Source: Octopus sinensis (lineage: Eukaryota). From it: a stretch of DNA of 64,000 bases. Position 1 is the stretch's first letter. Every line of letters starts with the position of its first letter. Under the pieces are notes generated by a model. That model was not told where the DNA came from and ran no database searches. It was given only the letters and a program-made list of their open reading frames with translations. The translations under genes and the position numbers were made by a program. This document shows positions 37,556-50,648 of the stretch, in pieces. The stretch spans positions 13,578,001 through 13,642,000 of the forward strand of contig NC_042999.1 in the NCBI RefSeq assembly GCF_006345805.1. The letters run 5' to 3'.

Positions 37556-37933
37556 ATAAGTAGCTTGCTCACGAACCACATGGTTCCGGGTTCAGTCCCA
37601 CTGCATGGCACCATGGGCAAGTGTCTTCTACCATAGCCTTGGGCCAACCAAAGCCTTGTGAGTGGATTTGGTAGACGAAAACTGAAAGAAGCCCATTGTA
37701 TAAATGTATATGTGTGCGTGTGTGTGTGTATGTTTGTCCCCTCCACCCCAACATCGCTTGACAATCGATGCTGATGTGTTTGTGTCCCCGTAACTTAGCA
37801 TTTCGGCAAAAGTGACCGATAGAATAAGTACTAGGCTAACAAAAGAATAAGTCCTGGGGTCGATTTGCTCGACTAAAGGCGTGCTCCAGCATGGCCACAG
37901 TCATATGAGTGAAACAAGTAAAAGAGTAAAAGA
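37556..37933 (+). mobile_element. SINE-A
   Basis: Family motifs. Confidence 0.85.
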
Positions 37934-38803
37934 GTTGTCAGAGAATTGTGTTTCTTAAAGTTTTCAGAAACACAAAGCAAAATGCCTCTGGTTGGTCAGA
38001 CTGTCCTGCATGTTTGTGTATGGGGTAGAAAGGGCTCCTTAGCCGTAGTGAAGGCAATCTATCTAGGGAGATAACCTTACAATAAATCACTGGGTCCGTA
38101 GCTTAGAAATACTGGGTTGACGTCCAGCGGGAACAGCTTTGTTTCATGGAGGAGGAAAGATCTTCTTTAGTACTTGGTTGTACAATGCTTTCCAATGTGT
38201 GTAGTAGTGGCGCGCGCACACATTATTAGCCATTTGAAAAGACTATGAAAGTCTCGACCACAGTCGAACAATGATGAATGATGATGATGGCTCATAAACT
38301 CAGAGTGAAGTATCAAAATAATTAGATTTCTTTCATGCCTTTGTTTCTTTTTTTTTTTTGTTTTTTTCCTATTAATATACACAGATGTCGTTACTGTAAG
38401 TTGATGTTGATTAATGAATTCTTGTTGGCAGGTAGAACATGCAAGCATTGTTTCTGTAAGATATCGAGTTTACTGTTTAAGAGTTTAAACAAGTGTCACT
38501 GGGGAACAGTTTGTAACTTAAAACTCATACAAGACGGGGTTGAGTTTGTGATGAAGACACTTTTTAAGTGACCCTGTCTAATGTGGTTCAAACAAGTACC
38601 TCCACAAAGAGAGGACAATTCTGTCAGTGAAGCATACAAGGGCAGTGCTTTAACCCTGCTAAGCCGTGTTCCCACTATAGTGAGAAGAGCTTCAATGTCA
38701 CCTCTGACAGATTCACACTGAAATGGTAATGAATAGCATATATAGAAAAAGAAGCTAACATACTAAAATTAGACAAGGGGTCACTTGTGTTTATGACTCA
38801 TTG

Positions 38804-39032
38804 TTAACCCTTTAGCATTTAAACCCGCCATATCCGGCCAAAAGTATTCTGCCTGTTTTATGTTCAAACTAGCCCTATCTGATCTCTCACACCAACCCTA
38901 CAATATTGTTTTAAAAATTAACAGCTACCTCATCAAAATCTCATAACTACAAGATAATGCATGATTAGTTCAAAACAATGTATATAAAAAAGCATTAATT
39001 TTGGCAGAATAATGCGAACACTAAAGGGTTAA
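38804..39032. mobile_element. Second TTAA-ended MITE family (piggyBac-like), 229 bp
   Basis: TTAACCCTTTAG...CTAAAGGGTTAA. Confidence 0.8.
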
Positions 39033-39217
39033 TGATGTCCCCCATGGCTTTTTTTTTACTTCTGTTTTAGATTGGGAAAAAAAAAAAAATTTTGCAATAA
39101 AATAAATGTGTGATGAACCCAGCACTTTGTCTTATAAATGAGCAATGCCTAGACTCATTGCAGCTGAAGAAATCATTAATAATATTTAATCTTCGGATGA
39201 AGAGTTTACCATTACAC

Positions 39218-39338
39218 CAGGCGTCGGCAACCTGCGGTCTGCAGTGCCTTCTCCAGATTTCCATTCGGTGCGGCCTGCAAGACATTTCCCATGTGCCTCT
39301 TGTTTATACATGCTAGGATGTATAAACAAGAGGCACAT
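39218..39338 (+). mobile_element. hAT-like 5' end (CAGGCGTCGGCAACCTGCGG) followed by a perfect 21-bp-arm palindrome
   Basis: TIR resemblance recalled; palindrome 39291-39338 directly visible. Confidence 0.5.
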
Positions 39339-39709
39339 AGTTGATCACCTCATGTTTATATATTTAAATCTAAGGTGTCCCTGTTGAAAATGATTTCACC
39401 TCGCGAATAAAAGTTATTTACTTACTAAACTAAAATCAGAAACCAATTGGTCCAGGAAACTAGATAGTAAAATGTTATAATTTTTTTCATTTCTTTCCTG
39501 TCAAATTTTATCCCTAATTTTGTGGTTATAGAACCTAACTGTTCTTTCTAGCGTATTGAACCCCACAAGTGGATTACTTATGTGTTTAAATGTACACTGT
39601 ATTTTATGAGTAATACATAGTCTTTGGACTAAATTTTTACACGTTAGGCCACTGGAAATGAAAATTTCTATTAATTTCCATTTACTTTTGTTATGATTAA
39701 ATATATATA

Positions 39710-40108
39710 TCTTTATATATAAAAGAGAGGTTGTGTGTCTGTCTCCTACGATTTAGATTCCTAACTACTCCCACATTTTGCGGTGCAGTTTAACCAAAAC
39801 CGGATATCTTATAGTCATGATTCATATCGAGCCCTTCTGGGTATTAGCGTGTGTCTACGATGAGTCTACGATTTAAAAAAAATTTACCATAATTTTTTTC
39901 CATTTTAATGCATTTTTTTCGATATTATATAAGGGAAGTAACTCTCTAAAAATGTCTACGATGAGTCAACGAATTTTAAAAAAATTTACCATCATTTTTT
40001 TTCCCATTTTTAATGTATTTTTTTGCTATTTTTTGGCTATAACTCTCTAAAAATGCTTATATAGTTATTTCCCTTACAAACCCGAGCAACGTCGGGCGAT
40101 ACTGCTAG
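39710..40108 (+). mobile_element. Non-autonomous Helitron, 399 bp
   Basis: A|TC start, subterminal hairpin CCCGAGCAACGTCGGG, CTAG|T end, internal ~110-bp tandem duplication. Confidence 0.85.
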
Positions 40109-40334
40109 TATATATATATATATAGATATATATATATAATATATATTACACACACACACACTCATACATAGACATATACACTACAAATATATACCTAGAT
40201 ATAAAGATATACACACACACACACTCACATATACACATAGATGCAAGTAGTCCACACTTAGCTGTCTGTTTGTATAAATACGATCACATATTTAGAGAGA
40301 GAAAGCGTAGTAATGGAATAAACATGAGACTCAC

Positions 40335-40444
40335 TTGATCTGGAACTGATTGTTCTGTCCTCGGTGATCCAAGTCGTGACACAGTGTGGCTACAATTAAA
40401 GCAATTTGTTCAGAGGGAGTAAGAATGTTGCCCATTTCACCTGT
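40335..40444 (-). CDS. PDE exon: TGEMGNILTPSEQIALIVATLCHDLDHRGQNNQFQI(K) (phase 0-2)
   Basis: Acceptor tttgtgtttag, donor gtgagt; metal-binding HDxxH signature. Confidence 0.97.
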
Positions 40445-40845
40445 CTAAACACAAAAACAGAAAAAAACTGTCACTGAACATCACATATAAAAAGGATTGT
40501 TTTCTTATAATTACTTTATACTTTAATGAAATAATGATTTTCCTGTCCATTGCCTCCAGGCAGGAGACATTACACTGCGTTACCTTATTGTTCTCCAATG
40601 TTGGAAATAAATATGGGCTTCTGCTATTTCACAATTGATTGTTCAGTAGAAGGAAGTGCATCCTACTTTAAAGTATCTCTGCTACAATGATATGCGACTG
40701 CCTAGCTGCTTTTCTGTCTGCGTTAGCTATTATGGTGGGATGGATATAAAACAATATGATTAACCCCTTAGCGTTCACATTACTCTGTCAAATGTAACGG
40801 ATATTGTATGAATATTGTTTGGATTAAGCCTGCATGATTTAATTA

Positions 40846-41054
40846 CTCTTTTACTCTTTTACTTGTTTCAGTCATTTGACTGTGGCCATGCTGGAGCACT
40901 GCCTTTAGTTGAGCAAATCGACCCCGGGACTTATTCTTTGTAAGCCCAGTACTTATTCTATCGGGCTCTTTTGCCGAACCGCTAAGTGACGGGGATGTAA
41001 ACACACCAACATCAGTTGTCAAGCAATGCTAGAGGGACAAACACAGACACACAA

Positions 41055-41086
<32 letters not shown>

Positions 41087-41257
41087 ATATATACGACAGG
41101 CTTCTTTCAGTTTCCGTCTACCAAATCCACTCACAAGGCATTGGTCGGCCCGGGGTTATAGCAGAAGACACTTGCCCAAGATGCCACGCAGTGGGACTGA
41201 ACCCGGAACCATGTGGTTGGTTAGCAAGCTACTTACCACACAGCCACTCCTGCGCCT
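40846..41257 (-). mobile_element. SINE-A, full length
   Basis: Family motifs. Confidence 0.9.
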
Positions 41258-42465
41258 AATTGTTTATTTTTTGAATAACATTGTTGTTGAGTGTGAGAGG
41301 CAGGATCAGCCAGTTAAAACCATAAAACAGATCCAATAGCTGAGCTGTGTATGGCTGGTTTAAATACTGAAAGGTTAATGAAATAATCTGTTTTTAATAA
41401 TGGGACACTAAACAGATAAAGATATGAATAACAGTGTGTTAGTCATATCTTTATCTGCTAAAAATGGGTAAAGAACTGTTTTTCTAAGGCCTTCCGAACT
41501 GCTATGTTACAGGGATGTAAACAAACCAACAATGGTTATCAAGTGATGGTGGTAGAACACAAACACAGACACAAAGACACACACACATACACACACATTT
41601 GATGGGCTTATTTCAGTTTCTGTCTACTAAATCCAGTTATAAGGCTTTGGTGAGACCAAGGCTATAGTAGAAGGCACTTGTCCAAGGTGCCATGCAGTGG
41701 AACTGAACCGAGAACCATGTGGTTGGAAAGCAAACTTCTGACTACACAGCCATTGTGCCTTTGGATAGACAAAGCTTTCGTGCGTACCATCCGAGCACCA
41801 TCCAAGCGTGATCGTTCTCAGAGCAGTTAACTGGCTTCAGTGCCAACGGTACATAAAAAGCACCATCGAGTGTGATCGTTACCAGTGTCACCTTACTGGC
41901 ACTTGTGCTGGTGGCACATGAATAAAAGCATTCAAGCGAGGTCATTGCTAGTGCTGCTGGACTGGCTCCTGTGCAGGTGGCACGTAAAAAACACCATTTG
42001 AGCATGGCCATTGCCAGTACCGGCTGACTGGCCCTCGTGCCGGTGGCACATAAAAGTACCCACTACACTCTCGGAGTGGTTGGCATTAGGAAGGGCATCC
42101 AGCTGTAGAAACATTGCCAGATCAGACTGGAGCCTGGTGCAAAAATCTGGTTCGCCAGACCTCAGTCAAATCGTCCAACCCATGCCAGCATGGAAAGCGG
42201 ACATTAAATGATGATGATGATGATGTGGAACTGAACATCTTTGATGAAGATAAAAGTAAATGGAATTTCAAACAGCAGTGTATCTCTATGTAGTTGTTTG
42301 ATATGCAAGAAATAACAGCTAAACATTCTTCAATACAGGCAGCAGTGGTTTGGAAAAAAGATACATTGGGAAATTTGATCCAAAGTTTACTATGCCTAGG
42401 AAATTAATATGATAGGTTGGTCATGGCTAGAACCAAAAAGAAAAAAATATATACTAATAAGTGTG

Positions 42466-42766
42466 GAGGCACATGGCCTAGTGGTTAGAGTAGTGGACTC
42501 ATGGTCGAGGGATCGCGGGTTCGAATCTCAGATCGGGCGATGTGTGTGTTTATGAGTGAAACACCTAAGCTCCACACAGCTCCGGCAGAAGGTAATGGTG
42601 AACTTCTGACTCTTTCGCCACAACTTTCTGTCACTCTTTCCTCCTGCATCTTGCTGCTCACCTGCAATGGACCGGTGTCCAATCCAGGTGGGGAACCTAT
42701 ACGCCAGGGAAACCGGGAAATCAGCCCTTATGAGCCGGGCATGGCTCAAGAAGAAACAAACAAACA
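42466..42766 (+). mobile_element. SINE-C with a third tail variant (...GGCTCAAGAAGAAAC(AAAC)n)
   Basis: Head and body shared with 4831, 13850, 47270. Confidence 0.85.
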
Positions 42767-43121
42767 ACTTATGCAGGGAGATAGGTCTGGAATATCAGGC
42801 TTGTCCTTTACAGGTGCCGGTGCCACGTAAAATGCATTGAGTGATGGCACCATGTAAAATGCACTCACACTGGCGTTGTGTAAACATACCCATGGTGGTG
42901 GAACATTCTCTAAAATGCTTGACATTAGGAAGGGCATCTTGCAATAGAAACCATACCACAACAGACAATTTGGAGTCTGGTCAGCTCTTCCCAAACTGTT
43001 GTCCAACACATGCCAGCATGGAAAACAGATGTTAAACAATAATGATATATACTGACTGCTAAGCAAGTCATCTCCGAAATGCCTGCCTGCCTATCTGCCT
43101 ACCTACCTATCCATCTTGTGA

Positions 43122-43366
43122 AAGGTAGGAGAGTCCAGTTTGCTGGACATTGTTGTAGAGCTGAAAAAGAGGTAATTTCTACTCTTCTCCTCTGGAAGCC
43201 ATCTACTCACAATACCAGAGGGCGCACACTCTCCTACCCTGATGTAATCTCCAGGGATACAGGCATCCAGCAACAGGACCTCTGTAATGCCATGATGGAC
43301 CGTGAAGTCTGGTGTAGCATGGTAAATTCCATTGTCTTGACCACGGTCGAACAATGATGATGATGA
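43122..43366 (+). mobile_element. RTE-like LINE 3' fragment
   Basis: RRVQFAGHCCRAEKEVISTLLLWKP...LSYPDVISRDTG...AMMDREVW, then a (GAT)n tail; short 3' tip also near 38262-38290. Confidence 0.8.
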
Positions 43367-43636
43367 CCTATCCATCTATCTATCTATCTGTCTGTCTGTC
43401 TACCTATCTATCTATCTGTCTACCTATCTATCTACCTGTCTACCTATCTATCTACCTGTCTACCTATCTATCTACCTGTCTGTCTACCTATCTATCTATC
43501 TACCTACCTATCTATCTGCCTGCCTGCCTGCCTGCCTACCTACCTACCTACCTACCTACCTATCTATCTATCTACCTACCTATCTATCGATGTGCCTATC
43601 TACCTACCTACCTACCTACCTACCTATCTATCTGTG
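43366..43636 (+). repeat. (CTAT/CTAC/CTGC)n tetranucleotide field
   Basis: Directly visible. Confidence 0.95.
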
Positions 43637-44295
43637 TGTCAGCTGTCATTTTGATATCAGCTCATAATGTTTGGTTAAAAACTTACCTAAATCTGCATTC
43701 GTATAAATGTTTTTTTTCTCAATTCTCTGTCACAAGAATGATATGTGTCAACATTTTAATATTTATTTACTCTCTTATAGCAAAGACCCACACAGCTGCT
43801 GTCTTTGTTAGTCTGACAGATTACTATTTTTTCTAAGTTATTACAATATGTCAGCATCACCATAAATGAACATAAAGTTATCTTCATCAAACAGAAAAAA
43901 GAAAAATAAGTTAATTTACAGTTAATATTTTGTCATTTCTACCAGTGAACTGTGATAGCAGCTGCCGCCAATATATTCCCAATATTCTTACGTCAGCAAT
44001 GAAAGTAAGATTCTTCGAGACCGCCGCCTTTGAATGACCATAAATATCAATAGCAATGACGTCTTATAATATATTCAATAGCTTTATGTACTTTTATAGA
44101 GATTCTCAGCATGAGAACACATTTTTTCGGTGCAGGTGTGGCTGTGTAATAATATTGACAATACGTTTGCTACCCAGCTACATGGCTCCAGGCTCAGCAC
44201 TTCTGTGTGGTACTTTGGCAAGTAGCTTCTGCTATAACCCTGGGCCAACAAAAGCCTTGTGAGTGAATTCAGTAGACAAAAACTGAAAGAGCCTC

Positions 44296-44332
<37 letters not shown>

Positions 44333-45338
44333 ACATCTCCAACTAGCAAGTCATGCTACTCCAGACTGAAGACGAGTAAAATTCAGAAACTAGTCTCTGG
44401 ATGCTGGTTTAGCTGCGTTAGGGGTGCTTATCTCCCCCTTGTAAACATAAGGACACAGGAAATGTGTCAAGGCCGACAGGAAGCAGTGCTGCTTCCTAGG
44501 GCTAAATAGCAGTAGTATTATTCCCTTCATGGGACTGTCACATGAAGTTGGCAGCATGCAACTACATTATCATATCACAACTGCATAAATCTCTCTGAGA
44601 GATTTAGAAATGTATTATTTCTACATACATACATACGTATATACATACATACATACATACATACATACATACATACATACACACACACATACATACATAC
44701 CTACATACATGCATGCATGAGTAATTAGTCTGAGTAATTAGTACAGCTCACAGTTCTTTTGTGCTCTGTGCGTATCAGTACGTCAAAGAACAGACCCAAC
44801 GTTTCTTCTGAGTGTCATAAAAAGCATGTAAAAGCTGTAAAGGTAGGATTTGTTCTCCAACCTCGTAAAGCCCTCACGAGCAATGACTACCCAAACCGAA
44901 CCATGGATCAGAGAGTTGGTGCCTGAGAGGTGCAAAGGCATCATCCACCAGGAGTAGGGAATCACCAACAAATGGTGGATTCAGAGATATGCAGTAACAG
45001 CACATGCCCCCTACCAATACTACTACTACTGCCGCTATTACAGTTCTCTTGCATGAGAGTATCTCTCAGTTTAAGGACCTCTGCTGGCGTCACACAAAAA
45101 GCTTCCATGCTGGTGCCACATAAAAAGCACCCAATACACAGTGTAAAGTGGTTGGCATCAGGAAGGACGTCCAACCGCAGAAACTATACCAAAAACAGAC
45201 AACTGGAACCTGATGAGCTCTCAAGCTTGCCAGCTCCTGCCAAACTGTCCAACCGATGCCAGCATGAAAAGCAAACATTATATGATTATGATGAATGTTA
45301 ATTTCGGTGAGAAAACACATGAAAATTTTAAGACTTAC

Positions 45339-45446
45339 TTTTATCATGCAAAACATAGTTTGGGTTACATTAAAAGCATGCCTCCAGTTGTGGTAGGTCA
45401 CATTTCTGTAGTTCTTTTTCACACTGAGCAGCCATCGACAGAGAAC
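45339..45446 (-). CDS. PDE catalytic-domain exon: [36 protein letters not shown] (phase 0-0)
   Basis: Acceptor tctttcttcag, donor gtaagt; YHNxxH PDEase motif. Confidence 0.97.
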
Positions 45447-45735
45447 CTGAAGAAAGATAAATTATATAAATATTTTCATACAAGATATCATGTTTACTAG
45501 ATTTATACAAAACTTGCCAAAGGAAATATCTACTGTAGTGATTGATATTGCTTTTTGGTGTGTGGGGGGCAAGGAAGGATTCACCTGTACTCGTGAACAA
45601 CCATAAATATTAAGAGCAACAATTTTTTATATCCAATAGCATTATATATTTTTATACACATAAGATGATATTTATAATCAGAATATATACATATATTTAT
45701 AATCTGAAAATATATATATATATCATCATCATCAT

Positions 45736-45765
<30 letters not shown>

Positions 45766-45772
<7 letters not shown>

Positions 45773-45972
45773 ATCCAAACATGAACAAAGAGAAAACACA
45801 AAAACGCAAAAATATTGAACAAGAATAATGTTATTGGATGCTCAGGAAAGGAAAGAAAGAAAGAGGACTTAACATTTCGAACAGAGCTCTTCATCAGAAA
45901 TATAGAAAAAAGGAAAAGTCCAAGGAAGGGACGATGGAGAAAGAAAATTGCCAACAATATGCACGCGGTCAC
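45766..45972 (-). mobile_element. Family-B short repeat; hammerhead motif 45867-45901 (ATTT-CTGATGA-A-GAGC tct GTTC-GAAA-TGT-T-AAGT)
   Basis: Core intact; changes relative to the 36251 copy are wobble-compatible or CpG decay. Confidence 0.75.
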
Positions 45973-46689
45973 ATATGTGTGTGTATATATATATATATCA
46001 TCTTGCATATATATATATATATACATAACAAAATTTTATATAGAGCTATCCAAGGTTTTGCACCTACAAGGTTTGGCTTTGTGGGGGTGAAACCTTGGGT
46101 AAGTCTATATAAAATTTAGTTGTAATAATTACTCCTGTATTTTTTAGAGTGTGCTTCTTTCTGATATATATATATCAATCATCACCATTTTACATCCACT
46201 GTCCATGCTGATATGGTTTAGAAGGTTCAAAAGGATCTGAACTGTCTCACTCTTGGCTTCATTTCTACAACTAGATGCCGTTTCCAACAGTACCTACTTT
46301 CAAGTATTCTGGGTGTATTTTTCCTGGCACCAGCACTGTTGAGGTTGCCTTGCCCATAGCAAAACTAAATAGTGCTCCCAAATCCTCTGTTGTCTGCTAG
46401 ATTTACCAACCCCAGCATGTCTGCAGTCTAATGACTGAAACAAGTAAAAGATAAAAGATCTATATTCCCGGACATAAAATATGGAATGGTCATGATTAGA
46501 ACACCTTTGACCATTCTTCTACTTGAACCCACTGAACTGCCTTTGAGTACCACAAAGTAAAGCAGTAGACACTCACCTGCATTTACAAAGTAACAAATAG
46601 AAAAAAGAAAAAAAAACCTCACATTTCACTGGTAACATTAGAACCCATTTGATGTCTAAACGAGCCAAATAATTTATTCATTTATCTAC

Positions 46690-47082
46690 TCTTACTCTTT
46701 TCTCTTTTACCTGTTTCAGTCATGTAACTGTGGCCATGCTGGAGCACCGCCTTTAGTCAAGCAAATCGACCCCAGGAATTATTATTTGTAAGCCTAGTAC
46801 TTATTCTATCAGTCTCTTTTGCTGAACCGCTAAGTTACGGGAATGTAAACACACCAGCATCAGTTGTCAAGCAATGTTGGGGGGATAAACGCAGACATGC
46901 AAACACACACACACACATATATATACATATATACAACAGGCTTCTTTCAGTTTCCGTCTACCAAATCCACTCATAATGATTTAGTAGGCCCGCGGCTATA
47001 GTAGAAGACACTTGTTCAAGGTGCCACGCAGTGGGACTGAACCCAGAACCAAGCTACTTAACACACAGCCACTCCTACGCCT
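46690..47082 (-). mobile_element. SINE-A
   Basis: Family motifs. Confidence 0.9.
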
Positions 47083-47269
47083 ATATATGTATTCATGAGA
47101 TAAAAGTATTTTATGGTTGTGTTTAACCCCTTCCATACCATATTTCTGTTGACACTAAGGCATGTGGGGCAAGAATCTTCTACTGCAGACCAGGACTAAC
47201 AAATGCCTTTTGTGTGAGTTTGGTAGACATAGAAACTGTGTGGAAGCCTCTTGTGTGTATGTATGTATG

Positions 47270-47555
47270 CGGAGGTGCAATGGCCCAGCGGTTAAGCAGC
47301 GGACTCATGGTCGGAGGATCGTGGTTTCGATTCCCAGACCAGGCGTTGTGTGTGTTTATTGAACGAAAACACCTAAAAGCTCCAGGAGGCTCTGGCAAGG
47401 GGTGGTGGCAACTCCTGTTGTACTCTTTCGCCCTGTTTCTTGAGTAATGCTGCAATGGACTGAAGTCCTGTCTAGCTGGGGGAACACATACGCCATAGAA
47501 ACCAGGCCCATGGGCCTGGCTAGGCTTGAAAAGGGCGCATAAATAAAAAAAAAAA
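47270..47555 (+). mobile_element. SINE-C inserted in the (TA/TG) tract of an older SINE-A
   Basis: Same tail as 13850; ATGTATGTAT on both sides. Confidence 0.85.
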
Positions 47556-47615
47556 TGTATGTATGTAGGTATCTGTCTGTCTGTTTATCTATCTATCTAT
47601 CTATCTATCTATCTG

Positions 47616-47676
<61 letters not shown>

Positions 47677-49200
47677 ACACATACATAAATATATGTAACA
47701 AGCCAAAACATATATAACCTAGCTTCAATTTATTTTGAAAATAATAAAGAATTGTCGAATAACTTATTATTATGTTTGGTGCTGGTGGTACATAAAAAGC
47801 ACCATATGGGCATGGTTGATGCCAGTGCCGCCTGACTGGCACATAAAGAGCATCATTTGGGTATGGCCAATTCCAGTACCACCTGAATGGCTCCTGTTCC
47901 AGTGGCACATAAAATGCACCCACTACACTCTTGGAGTGATTGGCATTAGGAAAGGCATCCAGCTGTAGAAACATTGCCAGACTGGTTTGGAGACTGGTGC
48001 AGCCTCCCAGTTTGCCAGTTCTCAGTCAAAACATCCAACCCATACCAGCTTGGAAAGTAGATACTAAAGGATGGTGATGATACACACATATATTAAGCTC
48101 TCAGAGTGTTTGGCATTAGGAAGGGCATTCAGCCATAGAAACCAAGCCAAATCTGACTGGAGTCTGCTGCAGCCCATCAGCTGACCAGCTCTGGTCAAAC
48201 CATCCAGCCCATGCCAGTATGGACAACAAACGTTAAATAATGATGATATGTGTGTGTGGTAAGAAGCTTGCTTCCCAACCACATGGCTCCGGGTTCAGTC
48301 TCATTGCATGGCACCTTGAGCAAGTGTCTGCTACTACAGCTTTGGGCTGACCGAAGCGTTGAGTGGATTTGGTAGACAGAAACTGAAAGAAGCCCATCAT
48401 ATATATATGTGTGTGTGTGCGTGTACGTATTTATTTGTGTGTCTGTGTTTGTCCCTCCATCATCACTTGACAACCAACGTTGGTGTGTTTATGTCTCTGT
48501 AAATTAGCGGTTTGGCAAAAGTGACCGATAGAATAAGTACTAAGTTTACAAAGAATAAGTCCTGAGGTCGATTTTTCGACTAAAGGCAGTGCTCCAGCAT
48601 GGCCACAGTGAAAATGACTGAAACAAGTAAAACAGAGAAAGAATACAGTGAGAGAGAACTAGAGAGACAGACGGTGCTTCCACACACTTTCTGTCTCCCA
48701 AATTCACACACAAGACACCAGTTAGCCGGGGGCTATAGCAGAAGATGCTTGCCCCACAAGCTGCACAATAGGATTGAACCCAAACCACACGGTTGCAAAG
48801 CAAGCTTCTTAACCACACTTAGAGCAGTGAACTTTCTAGTGTTGAAGTCATTACAAAGCATTTCATATCATTTCGCTTGCCAAACAAACAAAGGGTATTA
48901 AGAGAAATCCAGTCATGAAAACTGAAAAACATTTTACAATTTTACAAACTGCTGCAGTGAAATAGGTAAGAGGAGGTAATTAGAATGTAAGTGGTGCAAC
49001 AGACTGTACAAGTGTGGCGGGGGGGGGGGGGGGAGCAGGAAGTAAACAGCTAATTTATATTCGTGCCAATATGCCAAAAAAAAAAAAAATATATATTTAT
49101 ATAAATTCTTAATTATATAAAATAAGGAAAGTTGCCACAGGATGCTGAAGGTATTTTCAGAGTTAAGTATATTACTATTATTATTATTGTTGTTGATGTA

Positions 49201-50305
49201 CAAGGCGGCGAGCTGGCAGAAATGTTAGCATGCCAGGCGAAATACTTAGCGGTATGTCATCTATCGCTACGTTCTGAGTTCAAATTCCGCTGCGGTCGAC
49301 TTTGCTTCTTAATATTTTCGGGGTCGATAAATTAAGTACCAGTTGCGTACTGGGGTCAATCTAATCGACTGCCTCCCTCCTCCAAAATTTCGGTCCTTGT
49401 GCTTGGAGTAGGAACAATTATTATTGTTGTTGTACAAGGCAGCAAGCTGGCAGAAATGTTAGCACACGAGGCTAATGTTCTGAGTTCAAATTCTGCTAAG
49501 GTTGACTTTGCTTTTCATCCTTTCGGGGTCAATAAATTAAGTACCAGTTGCGTACTGGGGTCGATCCAATTGACGGCCCCCTCCCCTCCCCCAAAATTTC
49601 AGGCCTCGTGCCTAGAGTAGGAACGATTATTATTGTTGTTTTACAAGGCACCAAGCTGGCAGAAATGTTAGCACGCGAGGCTAATGTTCTGAGTTCAAAT
49701 TCTGCTAAGGTTGACTTTGCTTTTGCATCCTTTCGGGGTCGATAAATTAAGTACCAGTTGCGTATTGGGGTCAATTCAATTGACTGCCCCCCTCCCCCCA
49801 AAATTTCGGTCCTTGTGCCTAGAGTAGGAATGATTATTATTGTTGTTGTACAAAATGGCAGGCTGGCAGAATTGTTAGCAAGCCAGGCGAAATGCTTAGC
49901 AGTATTTCGCCCATCGCTACGTTCTGAGTTCAAATTCCACCAAGGTCAACTTTGCCTCTCATTCTTTCAGAATCAATAAATTAAGTACCAGTTGCATACT
50001 GGGATTGACATAATTGATTAATTCCCTCACCCAAAATTTCAGGCCTTGTGCCTGATAGAAAACATTATTATTATTGTTGTTGTCGTAGTTTGTTATTACT
50101 ATCACCAAGGGGCAAGCTGGCAGAACTGTTAGCATGCTGAGCGAAAAGCTTTATGGTATTTCGTCTGCCACTATTACCCCAAGGTCAACTTTGCCTATCA
50201 TCCTTTCAGGGTTGGTTAAATAAGTACCAATTACACATTGGGGTCAATGTGATCGACTTAACCCACTCCTCGCAAATTTCAGGCCTGGGGCCTATAATAG
50301 AAATG

Positions 50306-50344
<39 letters not shown>

Positions 50345-50617
50345 GTTGTTGTTGTTGTACTTCTTCTTGGTGGTGAGTTGGCTGAATTGTTAGCACATGG
50401 GAAAAAATGCTTAGCAGCATTCTGTCCATCTTCACATTCTGAGTTCAAATTTTACCAAGGTCAACTTTGCCCTTTATCCTTTCAGGGTTGATATTTGAAG
50501 TACCAGTGAAACTCTGGGGATGGTGTAATTGACTAATCCCCACCCCAAAATTTCAGGCCTTGTGCCTTTAGTAGAAAGGATTATTATTATTATTATTATT
50601 ATTATCATTACTATTAT

Positions 50618-50648
<31 letters not shown>

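Larger units (their letters stand above)
2683..45446 (-). other. Partial gene span (3' part) of a class I cyclic-nucleotide phosphodiesterase, PDE5/6/11 clade; 9 coding exons, 822 nt = 273 aa + stop
   Basis: Exon lengths 108+110+88+101+81+64+75+84+111 nt join without frameshift using GT-AG sites; all HD-type PDEase motifs appear in order. Orthology (PDE5 vs invertebrate Pde6 vs Pde11) cannot be resolved by eye, so no symbol is given. Confidence 0.95.

Noticed and set aside
46566-46620. Pyrimidine tract + CAG followed directly by GTGAGT (minus strand)
   Set aside because: Zero-length exon; it could be a recursive splice site but one motif in AT-rich DNA is not enough.
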